From positions 193,693-257,692 of the forward strand of contig JAQGDQ010000337.1 in the NCBI GenBank assembly GCA_030141605.1: a stretch of 64,000 nt of DNA, read 5' to 3'. Every line of letters begins with the position of its first letter. Within the stretch, counting starts at the first letter, position 1. Of the stretch, positions 39,785 through 52,611 are shown in pieces. The notes beneath the pieces are model-generated. The model was given only the letters and a program-made list of their open reading frames with translations. It was not told the DNA's origin and made no database searches. This DNA is from Tubiluchus corallicola (Eukaryota; Animalia; Priapulida). A program made the translations under genes and the position numbers.

Positions 39785-39952
39785 GTACGACCTTGAATTT
39801 ACTGAAATTTCCCATTCTTCGTCCGACGCCTTGGCGACAGTGGATGAGAATGAGGAGGCTGAGAGCAGCGCGTGAAGCTGACATCCAGGAAAGACATCAT
39901 CATCAGCACATGTTGCGCTATTCTTACAGTCCCAAATATGCTACATTAATGG
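39785..39952 (+). CDS. NOA1: NOA1 coding exon 5
   Basis: G2 (PG)TTLNLLKFPI; phase-1 boundaries at both ends. Confidence 0.94.
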
Positions 39953-40139
39953 GTATTGTGGTTACTGGCTATATTTGTTAATACTGCATCAATGGATATT
40001 ATTGTATTAGTTGATCATATGCTGTTTGCAAGTCTGTTGTCATTGTCTAGATAATTTGTATGCTTAATTTTTTTTAGTATTCAGTTCTGTGATTCGGGAT
40101 AATATTTGGTGCTGCAGCTACTGTTTTTGCTCTGGCTTG

Positions 40140-40205
40140 TCAGCTTTGTTGGTTATGTCCTTAAACAGTAATTCGAGAGTTGTTGGTTCAAAACTCATGC
40201 TGGCT
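40140..40205 (+). mobile_element. Degenerate tRNA-derived SINE head
   Basis: CAGCTTTGTTGGTTA...GTTGGTTCAAAAC. Confidence 0.4.
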
Positions 40206-40859
40206 GTTCGGGTTAGCTGTTTCTCCTTAAAGTTGCTGATAAGATTTGTATTTGCATTGTGAGGGAAAGGCACCCAAGGCAGACTGTGAGTGTTAAACTG
40301 TGAGTATCTCTGAGTAAGTGCTGGATTTATATGCTCTCCAGAAATTGGGCTGTAGTAATGGACTGGCTTGATAATCAGAGAATAAATTTGTCAATTATTG
40401 TGAACATGTAAATTAAATGAAGCAAGAGGTAAAATAGGTCTGTACCTTGTAATGTAATTGCAAATTATAACATAATTGATACTGTGATTACCGATTATGG
40501 AGTCGATACAGCAGTTGTTAGTTACACAATCAGGATCAGATTATGACTTTTTGGGGTCCCTAGGTCAGTGAAATTATGGAGCCCTCTCAGATGGAGCCAC
40601 TTTCTAATTTGCTTGCACTTGTCTCAAACCATATTTCAAATAAAGGGCTTCAAAGAGGGGCTCTTATCTGAAATAAAGGGCTCAAGCAAGGGCCTTTTGT
40701 CTCAAGTAAAAGGCCTCAAACAGGGATCCTTTATCTCAAATGAGGAACAACTTTAAACAGAATAACGCAAAGCGTACTGTTTTAATGCATTAAATTAGGC
40801 AGAAAAGCTGTTGATAAAATAAAAATTTACTTACAGCAAAGTAAAAAAATTGTTGTTAA

Positions 40860-40959
40860 AACGAAACAGTGAATCGTTAAGTGAAAAAAGGTGTCAAATA
40901 TTCAGCATCGTTAAAGCGAAACGTCGCTAAATGGGGAGTTGTTAAGCGAGGACTTACTG
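40860..40959. mobile_element. Tigger-like MITE end
   Basis: CGTTAA repeats ending GTTAAGCGAGGACTTACTG|TA. Confidence 0.6.
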
Positions 40960-41010
40960 TACTTCACTTTTTTCTGCATTTCTTTTTTGTAAATATTTTT
41001 GCAAATCTAG

Positions 41011-41210
41011 GTCACATAGGGAGCACATTCAAAGAACCAGAAGCTGAAGATGAAGATCAGCAGTTTGACCACAAGGTTTCGAGTTCATACGCCCTTTCTT
41101 CTGGATCACTGGTGGACACTAAGCAACAAGTAACAAAGCCAGACCTTAATGATCCAATGTTCAAAGGCAGGTGGTTCTATGATACACCTGGCACACTGCT
41201 TAAAGATCAG
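41011..41210 (+). CDS. NOA1: NOA1 coding exon 6
   Basis: GHIGSTF...WFYDTPG (G3)...DQ|GT. Confidence 0.94.
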
Positions 41211-41764
41211 GTTTGAATTGTCTATTTTGTTGAATTAAGTTTAATTTTGGGCTTCCTTATAATTAGAGAAAAACAAACTGTTGCTTTCATCTGCAACTAT
41301 GACTTACAGCAACATTTCTGCTGGATACATTGTACCTACTGTCTAGTATGTGCATTTTTAATTAACGTGTATCAAATTACATACCTGTTTATTTCTGTTC
41401 AAATCAGTTACAGATCTGTTTTGTTTTACTTCTTTGTTTTTCAGTAGTGATTTATGAAATAACTTAAATTTTCATTACATGTTTTACATTTTGGGCTTTT
41501 TGAACATGTTCATGAAGAAATATAACATAATTCTTTAGAAAGGAATGTTTCTTTTCTACAGTTGACAGATGTCCTTTGTTATAAACCTTTTAGGCATTGC
41601 AACAATGATAGTGTAGTAAGATTGCTTGATATAATTTTTCTGTAATACGTTGTTACAATACTGTTCCTTAGTTTCCATAGTGTGCAATGGTGGTAATTTG
41701 TATGTTATTTATTTCATTTGGTATTACATTTTAAAACAATTTTTGGCTTTTTATGTTTTCGTAG

Positions 41765-41896
41765 ATTATAACTCAGCTAACATCAGAAGAACTGCTGTTA
41801 ACATTACCAAAGAGCATCATTATTCCTAGGACGTATATATTGTGGCCTGAACGTACTTTATTTCTTGCCGGTCTTGCGAGATTAGACTATATTCAG
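41765..41896 (+). CDS. NOA1: NOA1 coding exon 7
   Basis: IITQLTSEELLLTLPKSIIIPRTYILWPERTLFLAGLARLDYIQ; 132 nt, phase 0. Confidence 0.93.
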
Positions 41897-42707
41897 GTGA
41901 AGACTTCATTGAATTTTTATTAGGAGGTAATATTTTACTAGGAGATGTAAATTGAAAGCTGTTATCAAGAGTAGAGCAAGGCACAGATACAGAGTTATGT
42001 GGAATAAAAGTTGAGTGATTATAATGTCAATGATTATGGTTTCATTGTTGCAGAATTTGTAATAAATGTCTAAAACTATTTCCCTTAAAAAGACAGCAGC
42101 ATTTTCAAGGTGGTTTCTGTTTCCTGTTTCAAGATGCGAGTTTTTTCGCTGGCTAAATTTTTTTTTGGTGAAAAGTCCATTAATCATCAGTTTTTACAGT
42201 TTACTGATCCTTCTTTAGCTTCTACTTCTACTCATTATCCTCTAGACTCAATAGTTCTGTAGCTGTCGGTCATTTGGCTTGATAACATAATGTTCTTACT
42301 TGTCATACTTGTGGTTAGGATTCAGATTTGAACTTGGATTAAACTCGGCTTGTTGTTTTGTTAAAATAATTTATATTTCTGAGGACAAACGAGTTTTTTT
42401 TTATTAATGTGTTCATGAACTAGCATGCTGGAGACTAAGAGACTGAGAAACTGATGAGCCAAAAAAATTTTGTATTAAAAGTTGAGAACTAAGTGGTTTG
42501 AGCTGCTGTTACACTGCAGGAATTAAAGAAATGTACACATTTTTTCAGTGTCCTCGTTAAGAAATGTTTATTGATTGTTGTGACTATTGCGTTTGTGTAA
42601 TGTGATCATAGATTTATTCATCTGTGAATGTGATATGGCCAATTTTAATCTCTGTTTGATATCAAACAAACAAACAAACAAACAAACAGGTTTTCATCCT
42701 ACTATTA

Positions 42708-43543
42708 CAGTAAGCACCGCTTAATAGACTCAATCGCTTAATTGACTCAAAAACGCCAGGAACGGGACTCTTCTATTCAAATATACATAAAAACTATCGG
42801 TAATTAACTCAAATAACTTCGCATAATTGACTCAATATTTTTCCTTCACCTACTTAAAATAAGATAATTGTATGTGCCAAAAGAGCCTTTCCTACTTTTA
42901 TGTCATCTTTACTTCCCTTTTGTGCACTATGTATGCAGAAACAATCATGTTAAGTACCGTTTTGTTTATAAGCAGGTACGTTTATCATGTGCGAATAGGC
43001 TAATGTAGCAGTTTTGCTTTGAATCTGTTACACGCTCGTCCACTGCAATTAACCTCGTTACCCAAAGAATTTGTGGAAGCTAAACATTTAATCACTTGTC
43101 TAGCAGTTTCCTTTTGAAGCTCTCATTGCAAATCACGCTTTCATGCTTAATCATTTAACAGTCAAAGATGCTGGTACAGTAATCAGCCAGTATTCCTTGT
43201 TACTTGTAAGAGAAAACATCGTACAGCAAATAAGAGCATAGAGTTAAGAATTTGAAAAATGGAGCATAAACATAAAGATCTAACAGTTAAGGTGAAATTG
43301 AAAATTTAGAGCAATACGATAAACTTCCATTTTTAATATTTTAAAATATTTTTTTCAAATTATTAACTGCACAAAGGAATATAGGCATTACTTCATTTCT
43401 AGAATTCCTTAAAAAGCTTTGCAGTGCATACTAAGCTGATGACTCATAGTTCCATACCAGTAATACCTCACCCATTAGTTAATAGGTTCAGTCGTGTCGA
43501 AACACTTCGGTTCCAAAGTGAATCTATTAAGCCACGCCTACTG
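42708..43543. mobile_element. Tc1/mariner family C MITE, both ends present
   Basis: TA|CAGTAAGCACCGCTTAATAGA ... TCTATTAAGCCACGCCTACTG|TA. Confidence 0.85.
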
Positions 43544-43617
43544 TATATAAATTGTAGGTAACAATTAGCATGCATTTTGATATAATAATCTTGACAGTAA
43601 TTTTTTCGTTTGTCTAG

Positions 43618-43734
43618 GGAAACAGGCAGGTTCTTCTTACTGTTTTTTCTCACAATTCTCTTCCTATCAATGTTCGTTTTACAGTCGAGGCAGACAGTTG
43701 GTATTCAGAGAAGCTTCTGTCCGGTGAATTACAG
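43618..43734 (+). CDS. NOA1: NOA1 coding exon 8
   Basis: GNRQVLLTVFSHNSLPINVRFTVEADSWYSEKLLSGELQ; 117 nt, phase 0. Confidence 0.9.
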
Positions 43735-43917
43735 GTAAATTGGGAAACTGTTTTCGTTTATTTGTATTCGTGTATTAATGCAGATTTAATAGTAATTTAC
43801 GTTTTAACTTAATTTGCATAATTTACATAATTACTTTCGAATGCTGGTGAATCTCGTTGCTTTAATCTACACAAAACTGCTGAAAAATAATTTGTTTGCA
43901 TTTTGTAATCTATCACT

Positions 43918-44062
43918 CACCGTGCTCACTTTTTTTGTAAGTAATTACATTGCCGTGCTCACTTTTTTTGTAAGTAATTACATTGCCGTGTTCACTCACT
44001 TTTTTTGTAAGTAATTACATTGCCGTGTTCACTCACTTTTTTTGTAAGTAATTACATTGCCA
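43918..44062. repeat. Tandem repeat of about 33-39 bp, 4 copies
   Basis: CTCACTTTTTTTGTAAGTAATTACATTGCCGTG. Confidence 0.9.
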
Positions 44063-45578
44063 ACATTTTCAAGTATGTGCAAGCCATTTTTCGATAATTT
44101 TCTAAATGTATAATTATATTTATTTACCTGGACACATAAGTACGAGATTGCTGTTACAGCATGCAAAAAAATTCTATGCAAATACATCGGTAACTGCCTA
44201 TTGAATGCCATTTTCAGCTAGCCTGTTGTTGATTATTTCTAAGACACACCAACCAGCATTTACTAAATGCATTGAGGCCTCTGTTGTTTGTAGGTCTATT
44301 CTCTCACTTGACTAGTTTCATTCATACTAAAGCTCTGCCCACATCTACAGTATCTTAAATACATTGTATCACTGAAGATCATTTTGCACTGACATTTACG
44401 AACTGATTTCGAAATCCTTTTTCCTTTTCTTAATTGTTTTGTTGCTCGCTGTATTTGAATTGAGAAAATATGTAGGCATCTGTAAAAACTACCTTCAAAA
44501 ATGGCGCATCTTATTCACTTTATTTCATTGATAAATTACCAGCCTTTCAGGTTGAAAGCTTTCACATCATTTATTTCATTTTAGACAGACGGACTGACAA
44601 ACAGACAGATAGCTAAAAGTTTATTTGCACACAAAATTGCAGTTAAGAAAGTGAATAAGATTGCATTTACAATTAAAAGACGTTAGCTATAAGCACTAAA
44701 ATGACAAAAAATATACCAAGATTATGCAGAACACAATACTTATAGAACCTACTGTTAAAAATACACTGTAACATTATTAAAAAATCAAATGTGTGCTTGC
44801 AAACCAAAACTGTCCCTAAGCCGGCATAGTTAAAACTACTTTATGGTGCTTCAAAGTAGAATGACCCAAAAATTTGGTCAAATATTTTTCGCATTTTGTA
44901 AAAATTAACTCTAAATTTATTGGACTTTTACAGTCTAGTATCAAATTATCAAGAAAGTGTTAAAAAACACTATAAATTTAATTTTATAACTCCTTTTCTG
45001 CCTAGAAACTAGTCCTGCAATTGTAAGAAACTTGTGTTTTCAAACTCTGATAGTATCTCGTGGAAGCAGTCATTTTACTTCAGGTTTTTTCTGTTGCCAA
45101 GCCCAGATCTTCGTCAGAAAGAGCCGTCTACTGGATTTAAACATAACTTTAACATGTTCTTGCAAAGTCCGTAGCAACCAGCCAACGTTTGCTAACTGTT
45201 TTATAGAAACGCAACAAAAAACAATGGCTAACTTTAACAGCGATTTTCTCAAGGTTATGTTTTTCAGTGCATAGCCTGCAGCTCAACTTCAACGTGGATT
45301 ATCTCAGCTTAGAAATAACACACAGCGATGAACTTGGTACCAAAATTATCCTCATGAAATGGAGATTTAAGATACGTGAATAACTAGAAAAGCTTAATTG
45401 CAGACTTATGGGCGATTTTGCTATGTAGGCACATAAATAAAAACTAAAAGACCCTATGTATTCGCCAAGAGCCATGTTACTACCATTTAAAAGTTTTTCA
45501 TATATTCTAGAAACAAATAAAGCTTGAGATCTTGTATCTTCTAGGAGAGTTTCCTTTTTCTTAATTACACTGATTGTA

Positions 45579-46014
45579 AATAAGGCTTTTCACAGTTTCG
45601 CTATGCGCATGTGCAGTTGTTGTAGGTCAAATGTTAAGTGAACCCAGCAACACGTCTTGACTACAACTGTCGTGTGACATGTGGGTAAAGCAAAGCTGTC
45701 TGTCACATCAATTTAGTAACTTCAGCTGCGATGCCTGTTAACTTTAGTTGCGACACCAGTTCCTTGTTGTTTTATGTGGATTTTACTTTAGTATGCATTA
45801 GTCTGTGCGATGTAGAGGGATTTATTAGCAGGATCCTGCTTGGGAACAAGAAAAAACGAACTAGTTAAGGTTCTAGCTAGGTGTTAAAAGTGTTACTATT
45901 ACAATAGTATGGGCTGCGAGGTGTTGCCAAGTGTACACAAACGCCTTGTCTGGTTCACTTAACCGTTGACATTTTCACGATCATTATCAATCGCTGAAAC
46001 TGTGAAAAGGATTA
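45579..46014. mobile_element. Unclassified TIR element (family A), single-unit copy in a NOA1 intron
   Basis: CTTTTCACAGTTTC ... GAAACTGTGAAAAG inverted ends; colinear with about 11890-12275. Confidence 0.8.
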
Positions 46015-46071
46015 GTTGGATGAACGGGTAATAATTTCTTTCATCTATGTAATTTTAGCCATGTGTTTCAG

Positions 46072-46192
46072 GTTCCTACAGCAAATTCACAAAGACTGAG
46101 AGATTACCCGCCACTAATTGGCAAACAGTTAGATTCTGCAGCAGGTCTTGGATATAATAAAAGCTGCTGTGATGTTGTGTTTTCTTCGGCAT
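46072..46192 (+). CDS. NOA1: NOA1 coding exon 9
   Basis: VPTANSQRLRDYPPL...CCDVVFSSA; donor T|GTATGT, phase 1. Confidence 0.88.
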
Positions 46193-46301
46193 GTATGTAG
46201 TTTTTACGTATTTCACTTAGATCATTACAAATTACAGACAATTTTTTCAAAGCTTTTCTATCGTGAGCAGCGGCGTATCAAGACATTACAATGCACTAGG
46301 C

Positions 46302-46801
46302 CAGGGGTGTGAAAATTGCGGCCCGCGGGCCACTTGCGGCCCGCCGAGAGAATTTGTGCAGCCCGCGAGGAGATTTGTCAACCTAAAGAAAGTGCGGCCC
46401 GGGCGATTAATTGAGTGTATCCAGCTGAAGTCCGTGCCACAATCTCAAAGATAGTGCGGGTAGGTTTTTCTACTAGATCGGATGCCATTAACCCTTACAA
46501 GACGGTTGTAGCTTAATGTCATTGTACTACACAGACTATGTGATACACATTACTAATATGCATTATAATGAAATTACCACTATCTGTCCTGAAAGTAGAA
46601 ATATATAGTTTGTAATATAAATTTCAATAACTTCTAAAATAGTTTCTTGAGTGTAGCAGTAATGATGTACGTAGGTCGGATGCAAAAAAATGATTATTAG
46701 GCCTTTCTGTACTTGGCTCCTTGATTAAACTGCCTGTCGCCCGCAGGAATTGCGGGAAAGTTTAATGTGACCCGGCTAGTCAGATAATTTGCACACCCCT
46801 G
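46302..46801. mobile_element. hAT-Charlie MITE family D (500 bp)
   Basis: CAGGGGTGTGAAAA...TTTGCACACCCCTG with GGCCCG subterminal repeats; degenerate TSD CACTAGGC/CCCTGGGC. Confidence 0.9.
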
Positions 46802-47468
46802 CCCTGGGCTGATAATTTTGTCCCGTCCATCTCTGTTGAGAATATGTTTTTTATGTAATGAGCAGATTAAACAATTACTTGTGGTGCATTAGAAATGCTA
46901 CTAACCTAATTTCAACGTGTTCGTTATTAATTTCGTGTATTTGCGTAGCGCTTATATCCAAGCAAGCTGCACAACTTCTTGCTGAGTTATACCTTGCTCG
47001 TGTTCATCATGTGGTACTTATATAAAGGCAGGGTTCAGTAACTGCCTGTGGTGTGTTATTTTGCTTTGTTACGTGTAAATATAGATTTCGCTTTTGCACA
47101 CCAGATGTATCGTTTGTAGTATTGTCATATAGTAGCATTGCTACATGAACATGTACTGCTACATTTTGCACAATATTGACATAAATATCAATTCAATCCA
47201 ATCCATAATTTTGTGGAGGCGTTTGAATATTGAATTTGTACAGTAAAGCCTCATTATTTCATTCCCGTTGTACTGCCGAACTCGTTTGTTTACTACCTGC
47301 AAAAAGGCGAGGAACTGAATGGCTACATTCAAATATATATAAAAGTAAGCCGTTATATCCGCTCCCATTACCCACAAGTTCCCAGGCAAATTAATTTACA
47401 TGTTCAATGCTGAAATACTGCCAGCAGTCTGAACTAGCACTAGTACTTGCTCCAATGCCAACTGTATG

Positions 47469-47625
47469 AGGCTGCTATACTCTCCGCTGAGTCACTGACA
47501 CTGACCAGACATCGCGTATTAGGCTGCTGTACTCTCTGCTGAGTCACTGACACTGACCAGACATCGCGTATTAGGCTGCTATACTCTCCGCTGAGTCAGT
47601 GACACTGACCAGACATCACGTATTA
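47469..47625. repeat. 52-bp tandem repeat, 3 copies
   Basis: AGGCTGCTATACTCTCCGCTGAGTCACTGACACTGACCAGACATCGCGTATT. Confidence 0.93.
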
Positions 47626-48314
47626 TATAAAATGTAATGTTTTGATTGTTTACAAGCTGTACGTTCATTATATAATCACAATAACATTATTGTCAATATG
47701 GCATGCAGTCATAATATCAGTTGACAAACAACCTGGCTTTCTTTCGTCGGCAAGATGTGTGATATTAGCTTGTTTTCTATCATCCTAGCAAATGCCGCAA
47801 CAAATTAGTAGTTGTGACTTTGTTACCTTTTTTACGCATGCATGTTTAGTGGAGCAGTAGGGCTACAGTCTATTATATAATTGAGTTACTGACATGTTTA
47901 TTATGTAAACAGAAGGTTTTTAATAAAGATGATTGATTTGGAGTCGTTAATTCGCAAATGATTTTCTTTTCATTAATTAACCTTTAGAGTGGAAATTAAG
48001 AAGTCTGATCTGTGTAAACTTGTCTGACTTATTCATGGTTGATCTATGGCAAAATTTAACACTCCTTATTATTACACCAACTTATTTCTAGTGCCAAAAT
48101 GGGCAGTATAAAAAAGTTTGACTGTGCATTCCTTGAAAAATTTGTCAAATTTGTAATCAATTCTGTAAAACCAATTTGTTTCCATATTAACCTAAAAAAT
48201 CTTTTCTACCATAAAAATGTGTTTACGAGCGAAAAATACTTTTATTTCCAATCTGTTTTATGTAGATTAATTTGAAGTGTGAATTGCTTTAATTTTACAA
48301 CAAACTTTGTTCAG

Positions 48315-48496
48315 GTTGGATGGCTGTAACTGCGCAAGAAGGTGATACTCCAGTATTCCGTGCTTGGATACCCGGTGGACATGGCATTTTTTTAAGATGT
48401 CCGTCATTGTTGCCATTTGCGGTCAACCTTCGAGGACGGCGAAAGAAACACACTCCAGCTTATGCTGTCAAACAAATTAGCACTGTTAATTATTAG
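48315..48496 (+). CDS. NOA1: NOA1 coding exon 10 (stop codon)
   Basis: WMAVT...RAWIPGGHGIFLRCPSLLPFAVNLRGRR...TAG. The ten exons sum to 2331 nt = 776 aa plus stop. Confidence 0.92.
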
Positions 48497-49673
48497 TAAT
48501 TATTAAATAGACTTAATAGTATTTCAAGCCAAAGTTTGCTTTATTCACTTATCCATCATGGAAGAATAATCATGAAAGTGATTCATTTGACACTTAGCAA
48601 AACTTATAGAACGTGTTAAAGCTTTATACCATCGTTATTGTATGGTTTAATAATGGCCCAAGTAATTCTTTAATCAAGCTTCAATTTTACTATTGAATTT
48701 TTTTACAGCATGACTGCTATGCTTAAATGTCATGTAAAAGTATGGATAAGGTTTCGTTGGCCTTGTTTTGTAAGTAGTGCCTGTACCTATCTTGTCTCTT
48801 TTTAACCTCTTATGAGAGCTATTTGCATGCTTGTAAATATGGAAAATAATAATTGATTCTCTGATCTAAATAAGTCGTGTTTTTGCATTTCAAATACCAT
48901 CACTATACCTGTGCCCGAATTTTGTTATTCCGCTGCTATGTTATAAACCTACCTGCTAATACAGTTCGTAACAGAAACCCTGTGGACAGTGAATGGTTGA
49001 AAATTTCCAGCATGCATTTGTCTGTCAGGAATTGCTTTGACAAATTATTATTTGGCAAGTAACAACACGCACATTAATGATTGAGCACTGCATCAACTAC
49101 AGTTACAATTCTCTAGGGAACAATTTGGCGTCTAGGCTTGCCAGACATAATTCATTCTTTATACATATTACAGCTTAAGAAATGTTAAAACTTTCGTCAG
49201 CAAGTAACTTTTATTAGTAAACATCAGCACACAGCAGGTTGCCCACAGTCCACAGAATCCAAGATTTCTGACAGAGCAATTTGAAAGACTAGCCATTAAA
49301 TTCTTTTTTATTATGATCAGTCTGCAGTCATTTTTTACGTTAGTCATTATGCCGAAAATTGTTTTGAATTTTGTAACAGTATTTTACTATTAAATTTATA
49401 GTATAGTGAACTCTACCTGAGGAGTGAAAACAGCGAACAGTGCCATACTAATGTTGTGCAGTTTCAAACTTTCATCGAAACGTTGATCGGGTGTGTTAGT
49501 CATTTCAGTCCCTACCATTGACGGCTCTATATTTATTTTCGTGACATCAAAATAACCTCAGATAACATATGTACAGAGTTATTATTAATATTTGTGAGTT
49601 TCAGCAAACACAAAAACTATTGTTTTCACCACGGCTGTAAAACAGTATTTGTTCAGTAATGATGCACGATCAC

Positions 49674-49972
49674 TAGGGAGAGCATGCTCTTCCAGAAAGT
49701 GAATTCGAATCTAACTGAATTTCATAATTTCCAATCGAATCAAGTTTGAAATATTTAGCAGTAAAAACGGTCTTACAAAGATCATGCATATTATTACTAC
49801 CTGATTTTGTTCTGCAGTAAAGCACTAATAATTGTTTAAAAATTGTGCACAGAAATCACAGCTAAATTGTGTTAACTGCATGATGCTTGAAACGCTTTAA
49901 TGATAAAGAACAGAAGGGCTGAATTATTCGATGCTATAAGTTTAATTAGGTTCGAATTAAAAAACTCACTCC
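49674..49972. mobile_element. hAT MITE family B, truncated copy
   Basis: TAGGGAGAGCAT start and shared internal sequence CAAAGATCATGCATAT...TTTAATGATAAAGAAC. Confidence 0.75.
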
Positions 49973-50314
49973 AGCAATCACCAGTTTAGTAATTTTTGCT
50001 ATTGTAAGAATTTGATGCCTCTGTACAAAAAAGCAAAAAACTATAATAAGTTTTATTAATAAATACGATAGAATTTTTTGACAAAATCTTTAGTTTGACT
50101 AGACGCTACTACAGCCACCAACCAACTTGCATAGCTATTACAATGTATAAGTTTAATAACAATTTTTGTAAAGGCACAAGTGTACTGTAAGCGCTTTTAC
50201 CCCATACACAAAGCATGTAGCACCATCCATTAACTAAAAAAGCTAGTTACTTTTCATTAGAATACAGCAGGCGACTAGGCTACACAATTGTACGTTTTTT
50301 TTTAAATTATTGCT

Positions 50315-51560
50315 TTCAGTCATCATTCACATATTAGTAATCAAGTCTTCACATTGTTCAGGCCTGTGATCAGACAGTTCAGTCATCATTCACATATCGG
50401 TAAATAAGTCTTCACATTGTTCAGGCCTGTGATCAGACAGTTCAGTCATCATTCACACATCGGTAAATAAGTCTTCACATTGTTCAGGCCTGTGATCAGA
50501 CAGTTCAGTCATCATTCACATATCGGTAAATAAGTCTTCACATTGTTCAGGCCTGCGATCAGGCAGTTCAGTCATCATTCACATATCGGTAAATAAGTCT
50601 TCACATTGTTCAGGTCTGCGATCAGACAGTTCAGTCATCATTCACATATCGGTAAATAAGTCTTCACATTGTTCAGGTCTGCGATCAGGCAGTTCAGTCA
50701 TCATTCACATATCGGTAAATAAGTCTTCACATTGTTCAGGCCTGTGATCAGACAGCAGTCATCATTCACATATCGGTAAATAAGTCTTCACATTGTTCAG
50801 GCCTGTGATCAGACAGTTCAGTCATCATTCACATATCGGTAAATAAGTCTTCACATTGTTCAGGCCTGTGATCAGACAGTTCAGTCATCATTCACATATT
50901 GGTAAATAAGTCTTCACATTGTTCAGGCCTGTGATCAGACAGTTCAGTCATCATTCACATATCGGTAAATAAGTATTCACATTGTTCAGGCCTGTGATCA
51001 GGCAGTTCAGTCATCATTCACATATCAGTAAATAAGTCTTCACATTGTTCAGGCAGTTCAGTCATCATTCACATATCATTAACTAAGTCTTCACATTGAT
51101 CAGGCAGTTCAGTCATCATTCACATATCAGTAACTGTCTTCACATTGTTCAGGCAGTTCAGTCATCATTCACATATCGGTAAATAAGTCTTCACATTGTT
51201 CAGGCCTGTGATCAGACAGTTCAGTCATCATTCACATATTGGTAAATAAGTCTTCACATTGTTCAGGCCTGTGATCAGACAGTTCAGTCATCATTCACAT
51301 ATCGGTAAATAAGTCTTCACATTGTTCAGGCCTGTGATCAGGCAGTTCAGTCATCATTCACATATCAGTAAATAAGTCTTCACATTGTTCAGGCAGTTCA
51401 GTCATCATTCACATATCATTAACTAAGTCTTCACATTGATCAGGCAGTTCAGTCATCATTCACATATCAGTAACTGTCTTCACATTGTTCAGGCAGTTCA
51501 GTCATCATTCACATATCAGTAACTGTCTTCACATTGTTCAGGCCTGTGATCAGGCAGTTG
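50315..51560. repeat. 63-bp minisatellite, about 21 units, with shorter (~50-bp) variants
   Basis: Unit CAGTCATCATTCACATATCGGTAAATAAGTCTTCACATTGTTCAGGCCTGTGATCAGACAGTT. Confidence 0.96.
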
Positions 51561-51653
51561 TAGACACAAATAAATAACAGTATAATATGATTTTATCTAC
51601 ATGCACTTACAAATAAGGAATTTAAGCTTATTTATATAACCTACTGGAGTCCA

Positions 51654-52175
51654 CAGAACCTCTTTTAAGTGACAATGACTGGGTACCAGAGGGGGTTCTC
51701 TCCTGTCAGTTTGACAGGGGGTTTGGGCAATTTCTGGCCTATTTTTAGTGCTATAATCAGCCCAGTCAGCTAATCAGTCATCACATCACTATGTGTACTG
51801 AGCGTGCATATTACTATATAGACTATACTGAACTGTATTGTTCCGTACAATCATGTACCGCACAAGTTCATCACACTAGACTTCAGACGAGCGACCACTA
51901 GGTGTCAGCACTAAAGCGAACATGAACTCACTGTTTCCTACAGGGCCAGGGCAGGATCACTAGTTGTATAAACCAATGAAAGGGGCAAAATTTATTTTTT
52001 TTATAACAATGTACTTATCACTAGTTGTACAAGCCAATGAAAGGGGCAAAATTTATTTTTTTTATAACAATGTACTTCAGTGCCCAGTGGTCAGATTTAC
52101 ACATCACTGGGTACCAAGATTTTTTTCATTGTGTACCAAACTTAGTACCCATGCAACATGTTAAAAGAGACTCTG
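51654..52175. mobile_element. Probable MITE with an internal 62-bp duplication and a CTCF-like motif
   Basis: CAGAACCTCTTTTAA / TTAAAAGAGACTCTG inverted ends, subterminal GGGTACCA; no TSD seen. Confidence 0.55.
51894..51911 (+). promoter_or_regulatory. CTCF-like motif between the 3' ends of NOA1 and the DUF229 gene
   Basis: ACCACTAGGTGTCAGCAC, close to the consensus CCACTAGGTGGCAG. Confidence 0.5.
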
Positions 52176-52611
52176 AATAAATAACTAGGTATACACAACA
52201 ATTACAATAGTTCAAATTTGTTATCTTTCAGCTCATCTTGTGCACTTTTAAACTAATTAAAACAATTTATGCTCACTGTAGAACACAGTATAACTGCCAG
52301 TTATATACAAGAGACACGGAACCACAAAATTGTTAAGATAAACATGAGATCTCAAGACGTTGAAAACTATTGAGCAATATAGTGAATACCATCAATGCAA
52401 TTAAATTTATGCAACTTCTAGGCCACATCTTTCTTATTTTGGATGAATGTATTTTCTGCAAAATATCCATGTAGAACTAAAAACAAACTTTTAAGGAGGA
52501 AAGTTGCATAACTTCTGTGTATAATAATAGTATAAATTGTAAAAACTGAAAAGGACACGTTAGCACACAAAAAATGGCCGAGGACCATCAAATAAAACCC
52601 ACATTAATAAC

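Noticed and set aside
50315-51560. CRISPR-like appearance of the regular arrays (also 2060-2900 and 61100-63330)
   Set aside because: Units are contiguous with no unique spacers, there are no cas genes, and the context is eukaryotic.
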